Positions 9,048 through 17,830 of a DNA stretch of 64,000 nucleotides are shown piece after piece (the stretch's first letter is position 1; each line of letters starts with the position of its first letter). The translations under genes and the position numbers were made by a program. The notes beneath the pieces were generated by a model. The model was not told the origin of the DNA. It saw nothing but the letters and a program-made list of their open reading frames with translations, and did no database searches. The stretch comes from an uncultured delta proteobacterium (GTDB taxonomy: Bacteria > Myxococcota > Myxococcia > Myxococcales > Myxococcaceae). The stretch spans positions 192,001 through 256,000 of the forward strand of contig CAVZMH010000019.1 of assembly GCA_963776345.1 (NCBI GenBank), read 5' to 3'.

Positions 9048-10529
9048 TCAGAGGGATTCATCGATGAACCAGGTCGGAGGATCGACGAGCAGCATCGTCA
9101 TGATCCCGCCGGGGAAGACGTCGTTGGTCGTGATCTCGCGCTCGTTGTGCGAGTGCCACATGTACGCGTAGCCAGCCTCGGGGTTCTGGTTGAGCGTCCC
9201 CGGCGGCTCGTTGGTGGTCGTGAAGCCCGAGCCCGCGGGCTGGAGCCCGAGGTAGGGCGTGCCGCCGTACCACTGGCCGATGGCCACGATGTTCGGGTCG
9301 GGCGGGGTGACCGGGATGGGCTTGTTGTGGTCCTGGCACCACTCACCGAAGTTGGGATCCGTCCGGACCGAGTGGTAGCCGTTCGCGTCCGGGGTGCAGG
9401 CGGTGCCGTCGCCCGGGTGGTGGTTGTAGACGTCCCAGTTCAGGCCCTTGCCGGTCCAGGTGAAGATCTGGTCCTGGGTCTGACCGGAGACGGTGGGGGT
9501 GGTGAAGAGCAGCGGGCCGGCGAGCGCGGTGGGGTCCGTGGCGCTGAGCAGGAGATTGCCGTCGCGGGCCAGCACTCGGGCGTGGTTGCCGTGGAAGTGG
9601 TACGGGTGCTGCCACCGCCCCTGCCCGGCGATGCGCATCAGCACCAGCTCGCCCGGGTGCATGTGGGGATTGCAGTTGTAGGGCTGGTGCAGGTACCCGG
9701 GGGCGTAGGCGGTGTCCATGTCGTCCGGGAGCGACCGCCCGTTCAGCAGGTAGTAGTTGGGCCGGTAGGGCTCGGTCTGCACCCGGATCTCCGGGCAGGG
9801 GCCGGTGGGGCAGGCCTTCACCTGCGCCAGCACCCGGTCGTGGATCCTCGAGTCGAGCTCGCTGATCTGGAAGAGGTACTCGCGGTCGTAGCAGGAGGAG
9901 GGATGGTCATACGCCGCGGTGGAGAGCGCGAAGGCGGAGGTCCTCACGCAGCTCGCCGGGGGTGACTTGGGAAGGACGATGATCACCCCGAAGAGCCCCA
10001 TCTCGATCTGCAGATCGGCCTGCGTCCCGCTGTAGTAGGCGTGCGTTCCGGGCGTGGTGGCGACGAAGGAGTAGGTCACGGTGCTTCCGGGCACCGCCTC
10101 CTGCGTGTACGCCCCGGAGACCCCGCCGGTGGTGGTCACCGTGAAGCCCGGGAAGACGATGGAGGTGTTCCCCGCCGCGGCCGGAAGGCTGTTCCTCAAC
10201 CGCACGGTGACCGTGTCCCCCTCGGTGACGATCATCGTGGGGCCGGGCATCTGCATCTGGGGGCAAACCGGCGCCGGCCCAGTGCTGCCCTGCACCTGCC
10301 CGGGGCGGAACCCCGCCGGTGCGCCGTCGCAGCCGTAGCCCCAGGAGTAGATGGAGTTGCCGTCGGGCTGGCTCACGTACTCGGCGCTGGCCACCAGGGA
10401 GAAGCTCGGCCCGCTGATGCCGTGCACCGCGGCCTGCGCGGGCCGGATCGACGCCCAGGCCGCGATGGCGGCCAGCGCGAAGAGCGCTGCGGATGAGGTG
10501 CTGCGGAGGATCCTCGTCAGTCGAGTCAT
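9048..10529 (-). CDS. Secreted two-domain multicopper-oxidase-family protein (subunit B; Cu ligands only in domain 2)
   Basis: Signal peptide. 'MPGPTMIVTEGDTVTVRLRN'. Domain 2 has HPYHFHG and YMWHSH. Domain-1 motifs are degenerate (TSIVFPG, YYSGT). Confidence 0.85.
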   Translation of the reverse strand: MTRLTRILRSTSSAALFALAAIAAWASIRPAQAAVHGISGPSFSLVASAEYVSQPDGNSIYSWGYGCDGAPAGFRPGQVQGSTGPAPVCPQMQMPGPTMIVTEGDTVTVRLRNSLPAAAGNTSIVFPGFTVTTTGGVSGAYTQEAVPGSTVTYSFVATTPGTHAYYSGTQADLQIEMGLFGVIIVLPKSPPASCVRTSAFALSTAAYDHPSSCYDREYLFQISELDSRIHDRVLAQVKACPTGPCPEIRVQTEPYRPNYYLLNGRSLPDDMDTAYAPGYLHQPYNCNPHMHPGELVLMRIAGQGRWQHPYHFHGNHARVLARDGNLLLSATDPTALAGPLLFTTPTVSGQTQDQIFTWTGKGLNWDVYNHHPGDGTACTPDANGYHSVRTDPNFGEWCQDHNKPIPVTPPDPNIVAIGQWYGGTPYLGLQPAGSGFTTTNEPPGTLNQNPEAGYAYMWHSHNEREITTNDVFPGGIMTMLLVDPPTWFIDESL

Positions 10530-10548
10530 CGGCTCGGTCTCCCCTCGT

Positions 10549-12009
10549 CTACTGGACGCGGATCTCGGTCATCATGCCGCCGAAGTTCTCGGCGTCATTC
10601 GACAGGTGGTCGAGGTTGGTCGCGTAAAGAAAATAGGTTCCGGACGCGACACCGTTCGCGTCGAGGATCACGTCGAGGGATTCGCCTCCGCCGAGCGTGA
10701 TCGAGTTGGTGTTGTAATAGAGATTGTTTCCAGCCATGTCCCGGAGCAGGCGCGCGTTCAGGGCGATCACCGTCATGGGAATGCCGATGGTCCCCAGGGT
10801 GGTGTGCTCGGTCACGCTCAGGTCCGAGATGCGGAGGAGCGCCCGGCCGTTGGTGGGGATGGTGATGATGCTCGGCAGCGGCTGGGCGGGGCGCGACACC
10901 CCGTCCGCGGAGAGCGTGTCGATCACGCCCGGATTGACCGTGTCCGGATACCCACGGCCATTCAGCAAGAAATACTTGTCCTTCATGTCGGCGAAGGCCT
11001 CCGGATTGAAGGTCATGCCGACGTAGTGAAAGTTGGGATCGAACCCCATCATCTGGATGGGGTACTCGACGTCGTAGCGGGTCGAGCCGTCGCCGTCGTT
11101 GTAGGCGTAGTTGGCGCCGCCGGTGACGGAGTTGGCCGCCGGCGCCGGGGTCTGGCCGGTGCAGAGGATGTCCGAGCACCGCAGCCCGTCCCAGGCGGCC
11201 TGGTCGGCCGCGCCGTTCGGGCGGGCCGCGCGCTTGTTGGCGGCGATCAGCGCGTCACGAACGAGGTCGCTGCGCCTCAGCCGGCTCTGGCGGGGCCGCA
11301 CGTAGAGCTGGCCCACCATGCCCATCTGGAGATGTTCGGGCGGGGTGATGTGGCAGTGCCAGAAGTAGGTCCCGGCCTCGGGCGCCGTGTAGTAGTAGGT
11401 GAAGCTCCCGCCGATGTTGATGGCGATCGACGCGTCCGGCACGCCGTCGAAGAACGATGAGGCGTTGGGGTACCCGTGGAAGTGGACGGTGTGCTGCTCG
11501 AAGAGGTCCGGGCGCATGATCATCCCGGGGTTGCTGAGGGTGAGGAAGAACTCGTCGTCCTCGTCGATGGCCATCATCGGCGCCGGCGCGTTCGCCGCCA
11601 GCACGCCCATGTCCATGATCCCCGCGGGCTCGGTGATCGCGCCGTCGTTCGGGTTGTCCCGGACGTTGGGCCCCTGCACCGTGGAGTAGTTGGGCCCGGT
11701 GTACGGGGTGTTGAAGACCCGCGCCGTCTGGGTCCCCGGGAGCCCGTCCTCGATGTCCCGGAGGCCCGAGAGCGGGCTGAAGCCGAAGAGGTAGATCTGC
11801 GTGCCGTCGCCCATGGTGGCGTAGCCGTCCCCGCCGCCGATGTGCTGGCACTTGATGACCCCGGGATGGTCGGGGTCGCGCGTGCTGCCGTTGGGGTGGA
11901 GGTCCGTCTGGGTCGGGCACTGGACCCGGAAGGACTGGGCGCTCGCCGGCACGGCCGCCAGCAGCACCCACATCGCAAGAAGCGACGACGTTCGATTCAC
12001 GTTTCGCAT
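10549..12009 (-). CDS. Secreted two-domain multicopper-oxidase-family protein (subunit A; T1 and half-TNC ligands in domain 1)
   Basis: Signal peptide ending ASA. Domain 1 has HTVHFHG and WHCHITPPEHLQMGM. Domain-2 motifs are degenerate. GAGGAG RBS upstream. Confidence 0.87.
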   Translation of the reverse strand: MRNVNRTSSLLAMWVLLAAVPASAQSFRVQCPTQTDLHPNGSTRDPDHPGVIKCQHIGGGDGYATMGDGTQIYLFGFSPLSGLRDIEDGLPGTQTARVFNTPYTGPNYSTVQGPNVRDNPNDGAITEPAGIMDMGVLAANAPAPMMAIDEDDEFFLTLSNPGMIMRPDLFEQHTVHFHGYPNASSFFDGVPDASIAINIGGSFTYYYTAPEAGTYFWHCHITPPEHLQMGMVGQLYVRPRQSRLRRSDLVRDALIAANKRAARPNGAADQAAWDGLRCSDILCTGQTPAPAANSVTGGANYAYNDGDGSTRYDVEYPIQMMGFDPNFHYVGMTFNPEAFADMKDKYFLLNGRGYPDTVNPGVIDTLSADGVSRPAQPLPSIITIPTNGRALLRISDLSVTEHTTLGTIGIPMTVIALNARLLRDMAGNNLYYNTNSITLGGGESLDVILDANGVASGTYFLYATNLDHLSNDAENFGGMMTEIRVQ

Positions 12010-12086
12010 GGCAGGGACGCTCCTCGCAGGTTCCGGGAGGGACCGGGGTGGGAAGGGGGGAGGGCGGAGGTCGCGGTTCGGCGAGG

Positions 12087-12163
12087 TGCGTCAAAATGAC
12101 GCATACGGACAGTACGTGTCTCTGTCCATTCGGAGACTGCCGCGCGAGCCTGAGAGTTCAGGC
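12087..12163. promoter_or_regulatory. Cluster of palindromes upstream of the MCO operon (candidate operators)
   Basis: TGCGTCA-AAA-TGACGCA (12087-12103), GGACAG-N9-CTGTCC (12107-12127), GCCTGA-GAGT-TCAGGC (12148-12163). Confidence 0.45.
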
Positions 12164-12581
12164 ACGCTGGATTCCCCAGCTCTCGCCGCAACACCTGTGA
12201 CCGCCCCCGTCTGGCCCGGCGCGTCTTACGTCTTCGTGCATCCGCGCACGTTCTGCGCCGAGGTGAGCCAAGACGTTCCCTCGGCTTGCAGGCGAGTGTC
12301 TAGAGGTTCGGTGGAATTTCGTCAGGGGGATTGACAAGAGCGGGCTTGTCGGCCTGCTGGGTCAGTTCCGCCCCGGTCGAATTCCCGAGCGGAATCCGTG
12401 GTCTTCACTCACAGTGCGAGCCTCCTGGACTGAAGTCCGGGTCTCGGGCGACCGCCCAGCACTGAACAATGCCCTCCCGCAAACGCTCGGCCAGGTGTCA
12501 GCGCTCGTGGGTCGTCCCGCAACGAATGCGCGCCCGGGTGTCAGCGGTCATGCATCGTCCACGGCCGTTTCTGCGCAGCCG

Positions 12582-14198
12582 TCAGGGCAGCGCGATGCGG
12601 CCCGGCGCGCCCGACGCGCCCTGCAGCGTGTGGCAGGTGTTGCAGTCGCCGCTGCTCACCGCGCCGGACATGATCCGCGTGCCGCCGTCGAAGGTGATCT
12701 GCGCGCGGATGGGGAACACCGGCCAGCTTCCGCTCGCCTGCCCGTAGAAGTTGCCCGCCTGGTTGACGGTGAACGACCGGGTCACGCCGTTGTTGTCGGT
12801 GATCGACACCCGGGCGTTCTGCGCGGCGCGGCCGTAGCAGTCGTTGTACTCGTGCCCGGTGGGGTAGGCGGTGCCGGCGATGGCAAAGGTGGGCGCCTCG
12901 CCTCCGGTCGTCTGGTGGCACGCGATGCAGGCCAGACCCGGGTGCATGTTCGAGCTGCCCTCGTCACCCCGCGTCCAGTAGGTGTTGCTGGTGCAGGTGG
13001 GCGGTCCGGAGAACACCGGATCCGGAGTTCCGGCGTCCACCGTGCAGGTCCCGGGCTGCATCCCGGCGCTCACCCAGGCGGAGAACGCGCTCTGCTTGGC
13101 GGCGGCCACCGGCGCCGCGGGCAGCGGCGGCATGGGGCTGGTGGTGCTGGCCATGCGCTGCACGCAGGCCTGGCCGTTGGTGACCGCGGGGTTGCTCGGC
13201 GACGAGGCGCGGAGCTGCGACAGCGAGGTCAGCGCCATCGGGGCGCTGCCGGTGGGTGGATTCCCGTGGCAGCTGGTGCAGGAGCTGGTGAGCACGTCGG
13301 CCACGTCGCACGGCAGGTCTCCGCTCACGCCCGCGTCCGATGGCCCGGCGTCCACGCCGCCATCGCCGAGCGGCGGCGGTCCGGCGTCCACCGGCGTGGT
13401 GCAGCTGCCCGCGGGCATGCCGCCCGACACCCAGGTCGAGAACTCGGTCGCCGCGGCCGCCGGAACCCCGGCGTAGGGGGAGGGAGGCATGGGGCTGGTG
13501 CTGCTGGTCATCCGCGTGACCGACCGCTGGCCCTCGGTCTGGGTCGGATAGGTGGGCGAGGTGGCCCGCAGCGCTGCCAGCGAGTTGAGCGACATCGGCG
13601 CGCTGTTGCTCGGAGGCGACCCGTGGCAGCCGGTGCAGTACGTCCCGAGCGTCTGGGCGACGCCGCAGGGCAGGTCGTTGCTCACGCCTGCGTCGGTCGG
13701 GCCGGCGTCGACGCCTCCGTCCCCGAGCGGCGGCGGTCCCGCATCGCCGGATGGCGCGATGCAGCTGCCCGCGGGCATGCCCGCGTTGATCCAGGTGGAG
13801 AAGGTGGAGATCTGCGTGGATGTCGCCCGGGCGTACGGCGCAGGGGGCATCGGCGAGGTGGAGCTCTGGATGCGCTCCAGCGCCAGCGCCCCGTTGCTCT
13901 TCGAGGGCTGCGAGTACGAGGGCGCCTTCAGCGCGGCGAGGCTGTCCAGCCGGTTGGGCGCCCCGTTCATCGGGACCGGCCCGTGGCAGAGGAGACAGTC
14001 GGCCCCGAGGAAGCCCGCGACGTCGCACGGGAGGTCGGTCGGGGTCTGCACCGGGCCTGCGTCGCCACCCGTGCCGACGGTCGGCGGACCGCCGGACGTC
14101 GGGCCCTGAGCGACCTCGCCGGAGTAAGTCCCGAAGCTGCACGCACCCATCGCCCCGATGGCGAGGACGACCGGGACCAACCAGCGCGCGCGACCCAT
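12582..14198 (-). CDS. Multihaem (5 CxxCH) c-type cytochrome lipoprotein with three repeated mono-haem domains
   Basis: Lipobox AMGAC. Motifs CLLCH, CTGCH, CTSCH, CIACH, CNTCH. ATG at 14198 lies within ORF 12582..14585. Confidence 0.85.
   Translation of the reverse strand: MGRARWLVPVVLAIGAMGACSFGTYSGEVAQGPTSGGPPTVGTGGDAGPVQTPTDLPCDVAGFLGADCLLCHGPVPMNGAPNRLDSLAALKAPSYSQPSKSNGALALERIQSSTSPMPPAPYARATSTQISTFSTWINAGMPAGSCIAPSGDAGPPPLGDGGVDAGPTDAGVSNDLPCGVAQTLGTYCTGCHGSPPSNSAPMSLNSLAALRATSPTYPTQTEGQRSVTRMTSSTSPMPPSPYAGVPAAAATEFSTWVSGGMPAGSCTTPVDAGPPPLGDGGVDAGPSDAGVSGDLPCDVADVLTSSCTSCHGNPPTGSAPMALTSLSQLRASSPSNPAVTNGQACVQRMASTTSPMPPLPAAPVAAAKQSAFSAWVSAGMQPGTCTVDAGTPDPVFSGPPTCTSNTYWTRGDEGSSNMHPGLACIACHQTTGGEAPTFAIAGTAYPTGHEYNDCYGRAAQNARVSITDNNGVTRSFTVNQAGNFYGQASGSWPVFPIRAQITFDGGTRIMSGAVSSGDCNTCHTLQGASGAPGRIALP
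13030..14040 (-). repeat. Three tandem ~360-bp intragenic repeats (cytochrome c domain plus DAG linker)
   Basis: 'DLPCxVA...CxxCHG...SPMPP...W..GM..G.C' recurs at ~14040, ~13680 and ~13320. DNA 'gcagctgcccgcgggcatgcc' occurs at 13401 and 13761. Confidence 0.8.
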
Positions 14199-14686
14199 AC
14201 AGCCCCCGAGGTACCGACGGACCCCCTTCCTTGTCCGATTGACCCTGAGTCCGTCACCACGAATTTCGCGGGTGGGTGAAGGGCGTCCGGTGTCGCACGT
14301 GTCTCCCCCGCATGCGCCGGCGGGCACACGGTCCGGGACCCGCCCGGGCGGCCGTCCGGTGCTCGGCCTCGAGCGCGAGCGCGGCCCGGCGACCTGGTCC
14401 AGCACATGTGCGGACCGATCGAATTTCGACGCTGCGGTGACGACGCTCTCGTGCACGGGATCTCGAAGATCAGCAGGCCCCGGACGGCGCGCGCTCGGCG
14501 CGCCTGCGCTCGAACCTCCTGTGTCCACCCATCCGCCCGGGCGATCGCGGAACGCCGCCGGCACGGCGCGCGGTCGGCCCCGCACCGTCTCCGGCCAGCG
14601 CCGCTCCGTCCCGCCGCCCGGACACCAGGGAGGTCGCCGCCCTCCGGAGCGACCTGGCCCGCGCCTCGCAATCGCGGCCGCGGGCG

Positions 14687-15802
14687 ATGCACGCGCTCCT
14701 CGCCCCGAGCACCCGGTGGCCGCTGGCCAGGCTCACCACCCGGAAGGTGGGGCGGGCGCGGGTCCTCCTCGGCAGCAGGCCCGCCCTGGTGGCCGAGCTC
14801 GACGCGCTCCGGAGCGCCGCCGTCCGCGCGATGTCCGCCGCGCTCGGCGCCGAGGTCCAGCTGGCCGCCCGGATGGCGGACACGCCCGTCGCGTCCTCCC
14901 GTGCGCTCGGGCACACCGCGCTCCTCTGTCTCCTCGCGCTGGGCGGCCCAGGGGCGGAGGCCGTGCTGGAGCTGGATCCGCGACTCGCCGCAGCCCTCGC
15001 CGCGCAGCGCGCCGGTGGGGCCGGGCCCGACGCTCCGGTGCTCGCGGTCACCCGCTTCGAGCGCGCGCTCCTGGCCGAGCTGCTGCTCACCGTGCTCGCG
15101 GCGCTCCGCGAGCTCGGAGCGGCCGAGTCGCGCTGGCGGCCGCGCCTGCTCGAGGTGGGGGCCGGTCGGGCGGAGGCCGAGCGGCGCCTCGGCCCGGGTC
15201 GCTGCCTGGTGGTGGAGCTCGGGCTGGAGACCGCCGCGGTGCACGGCCGGGCCGTCCTCCTCCTCCCCGAGCTCGCGCTGAGGGCCGTCGCGCTCGCCCT
15301 TCCACCTCGGCGCGCCCGGCCCGGCCCGGGGCCCGGGCACGCCCGGCTTTCCTTCTCGCCGCGCGTTCGCTGCGGCTCCGTCTGGCCGCAGGAGCTCGCC
15401 CGGCTCGTCCCGGGGGCGGCGGTGGTGCTCCCCGGCGCGCGGCTCGTGGACGGAGTGCTGCACGGACCCGTGGCGCTCGTGCGGCCCGGAGTGTCGCTCG
15501 CCGGAGCGCTCGCCGCCGACGGCCTTCGCCATTCCGGCGCGGAGCTGCACGCGCCTTCCCCGGAGGTCACGCACGTGGATCCTGCACTGTCCGAGCTGCC
15601 GGTCGAGCTGGAGGTGGAGCTCGCCCGCGTCCCCCTGTCGCTCTCCGAGGTCGGCGCCCTGCAGCCGGGCGCGGTGCTGCCCCTCCGGGTGAGCGCTGGC
15701 GACCCGGTCTTCCTCCGCGCCGGAGACCGCCGCATCGCCCGGGCCGAGCTGGTGGACGTGGAGGGCGAGGTCGCCGCCCGCATCCTGGAGCTCGTTCCAT
15801 GA
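14687..15802 (+). CDS. FliM/FliN (SctQ-like) C-ring/sorting-platform protein
   Basis: C-terminal SpoA domain 'LSELPVELEVELARVPLSLSEVGALQPGAVL...ARAELVDVEGEVAARI'. First gene of the export operon. Start uncertain. Confidence 0.75.
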   Translation: MHALLAPSTRWPLARLTTRKVGRARVLLGSRPALVAELDALRSAAVRAMSAALGAEVQLAARMADTPVASSRALGHTALLCLLALGGPGAEAVLELDPRLAAALAAQRAGGAGPDAPVLAVTRFERALLAELLLTVLAALRELGAAESRWRPRLLEVGAGRAEAERRLGPGRCLVVELGLETAAVHGRAVLLLPELALRAVALALPPRRARPGPGPGHARLSFSPRVRCGSVWPQELARLVPGAAVVLPGARLVDGVLHGPVALVRPGVSLAGALAADGLRHSGAELHAPSPEVTHVDPALSELPVELEVELARVPLSLSEVGALQPGAVLPLRVSAGDPVFLRAGDRRIARAELVDVEGEVAARILELVP

Positions 15803-16110
15803 GCCTTGCCCCGTTCGTCCGTCGTCCCGTCGAGCTGCTCGCCCCGCTGGGAGGCGCGATGCTGGTGCTGCTGGTCCTCGGCCCGGGCCTCCGCGGCGCC
15901 GCGGGCGCGGTGCTCGCCGCCGCCGCCGCGGTCGCGGTCAGGCTCCTGCCGCGCCCGGCTGCCGCCGCGGAGGCGCGCCCAATCCGGGTGATCGACCGGC
16001 TGCAGCTCGGGCCGCGCCTCTCGGTGGTCCTCGTGGAGACCGCCGGCCGCCGCTACCTGGTTACCAGCGGGGCGACCGTCACCCCGCTCCCGCCGGAGGA
16101 CCGGCCGTGA
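15799..16110 (+). CDS. fliO: FliO-like protein
   Basis: ATGA overlap with the upstream gene. Hydrophobic N-terminus, then 'IRVIDRLQLGPRLSVVLVETAGRRYLV'. Confidence 0.7.
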   Translation: MSLAPFVRRPVELLAPLGGAMLVLLVLGPGLRGAAGAVLAAAAAVAVRLLPRPAAAAEARPIRVIDRLQLGPRLSVVLVETAGRRYLVTSGATVTPLPPEDRP

Positions 16111-16794
16111 ACGGATCGCTCGGCTCTCCTCGCAGGGCCGGTCACGCTCCCCGAGGCGGGGGCGAACCCGGTGGGCCTGCTGCTCCTGCTCGCGGGGATG
16201 AGCCTGCTCCCGTTCCTCCTGGTGATGTTCACCAGCTTCACCAAGATCAGCGTCGTCCTCTCCCTCACCCGCTCGGCACTGGGCACCCAGCAGGCGCCGC
16301 CGACCATGGTGCTGACCGGGCTCGCCGCCGTGCTCTCGCTGGTGGTGATGGGCCCGGTGGGGGAGGCGATGCTGTCCCGGGTCGACGCGGGGAAGCTGCC
16401 CTCCGCGCCCGGGCCGGAGATGCTCCGCGCCGTCTCCCGTGCCGCCGAGCCGCTGCGGGCCTTCTTGCTCGAGCACGGTAGCCCGGAGCTCCGCGCCGAG
16501 TTCGCGGGGCTCGCGCGCGAGCTGCGCGGCGGCGCCGAGGTGTCCGAGACCGACCTCGGGGTGGTGGCGCCGGCCTTCGTGCTCTCCGAGCTGAAGCAGG
16601 CCTTCCAGATCGGCTTCCTGGTCTTCCTCCCCTTCCTGGTGGTGGACATGGTGGTGGCCAACGTGCTGCTCGCCCTGGGGATGCAGTCGCTGTCCCCGTC
16701 GCAGGTGAGCCTGCCGTTCAAGGTCCTCCTCTTCGTCGCCGTGGACGGCTGGGCGCTCCTGGCGCGCAGCCTCGTGCAGGGGTATCGGGCATGA
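16107..16794 (+). CDS. fliP: Type III export gate FliP/SctR (probable 1-nt frameshift near 16122; in-frame part from 16171)
   Basis: 'FTSFTKISVVLSLTRSALGTQQAPP', 'PAFVLSELKQAFQIGF', 'SLPFKVLLFVAVDGW'. The GTGA-coupled start at 16107 is one base out of frame. Confidence 0.88.
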
Positions 16795-17057
16795 GCACCG
16801 AGGCGCTCCTCACGGTGGGCCGCGAGGCGCTGGTGCTGATGGTCCTCGCCTCCATGCCTCCGGTGCTCGCCGGGCTGGTGGCGGGCGTCACCATGGGCCT
16901 GCTCCAGGCGGTGACCCAGGTGCAAGAGGCGACGCTCTCGGTCGTCCCGCGGCTATGTGCGGCGCTGCTCGCGCTGGCGGTGGCCTTTCCGTGGATCGGC
17001 GGGCAGCTCCTCCGCTTCACCGCGGCGCTCTTCCAGGCGGTGGGGTCGGTCCGGTGA
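16791..17057 (+). CDS. fliQ: Type III export gate FliQ/SctS
   Basis: 88 aa. 'GLLQAVTQVQEATLSVVPRL'. Confidence 0.9.
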   Translation: MSTEALLTVGREALVLMVLASMPPVLAGLVAGVTMGLLQAVTQVQEATLSVVPRLCAALLALAVAFPWIGGQLLRFTAALFQAVGSVR

Positions 17058-17830
17058 TCCGCGCGCTCGCCACGCTGGCCGACGCCGCGCGGCCCGAGAT
17101 CCTCGGCTGGGTGCTCGCCTCGATGCGCGTGCTGCCAGTCGCCCTCCTCTGCCCGCTGCTGGGTGGGCAGCTCGTCCCCGCCCCGGTGCGGCTCGCGGTG
17201 GCCGGCTCGCTCGCCCTCGCGCTCCGGCCGCTCGCCGGCGTCGCCGGGGACCCCTCGCTCGAGTTCTGGGTCCGGTGCGGGCGCGAGGCGGGCGTGGGCT
17301 TGCTGATGGGGCTCGGGGCGGCGCTCCCCTTCGACGCCGCGCGCATCGGCGGCCGCCTGGTCGACCTGGTCCGTGGCACCTCGGCGGAGGCGGCGCTCCC
17401 GGTCGCCGGGCACCGCGAGTCGGCGACGGGGGACGTCCTGTACCAGCTGCTGGTGTCGCTCGCCCTCGCCGGCGGCGCGCTGCCCCTGGCGGTCCGCGCG
17501 CTCGCCAGGAGCCACGGGGTGCTTCCGCTCGGCGGCGCGGTCGCGGGCGCAGGGGAGGCGCTCGCGCTGGCCCGGCTGGTGGGCGTGTCGCTCGCCACCG
17601 GCCTCGCCGTCGCGGCGCCGGTCGTCGCGCTGAGCTGGGCCACCGACGCCGCGGTCGGGCTCGCGCTCCGCGCGGCGCCGGGCCTTCCTCTGACCGAGCT
17701 GGCTACGCCGGTGCGCATCCTCGGCGGGGCCACCGTGGTCTGGCTCTCGCTCGGGCTCGCCGCGGACCGGATGCTGGGGCTGGTGCTCGCGCCGGACTCG
17801 GGCTGGATGCAGGTGGCGCTCGGGCCGTGA
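17054..17830 (+). CDS. fliR: Type III export gate FliR/SctT
   Basis: Polytopic membrane protein between fliQ and flhB. 'VPAPVRL', 'PFDAARIGGRLVD'. GTGA-coupled start. Confidence 0.82.
   Translation: MIRALATLADAARPEILGWVLASMRVLPVALLCPLLGGQLVPAPVRLAVAGSLALALRPLAGVAGDPSLEFWVRCGREAGVGLLMGLGAALPFDAARIGGRLVDLVRGTSAEAALPVAGHRESATGDVLYQLLVSLALAGGALPLAVRALARSHGVLPLGGAVAGAGEALALARLVGVSLATGLAVAAPVVALSWATDAAVGLALRAAPGLPLTELATPVRILGGATVVWLSLGLAADRMLGLVLAPDSGWMQVALGP

Noticed and set aside
1415..9965. Long plus-strand ORFs (1415..3034, 3296..7246, 7562..9004, 8445..9965)
   Set aside because: Antisense shadows of the giant gene, expected at this GC content. No motifs and poor amino-acid composition.
9048..12009. 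Calling A or B a copper nitrite reductase or a decayed laccase pseudogene
   Set aside because: The motif pattern fits neither NirK nor a three-domain laccase. Both frames are intact and the ligand loss is reciprocal, which argues against random decay.
12151..12174. GAATCC-N11-ACTCTCA resembling the ECF motif of the redox island
   Set aside because: The spacer is 11 nt rather than 15-16.
12188..12202. Possible sigma54 promoter GGTCAC-N5-TTGC (minus strand) for the MCO operon
   Set aside because: The invariant GG is misplaced by one base relative to the GC, so it is not supportable.
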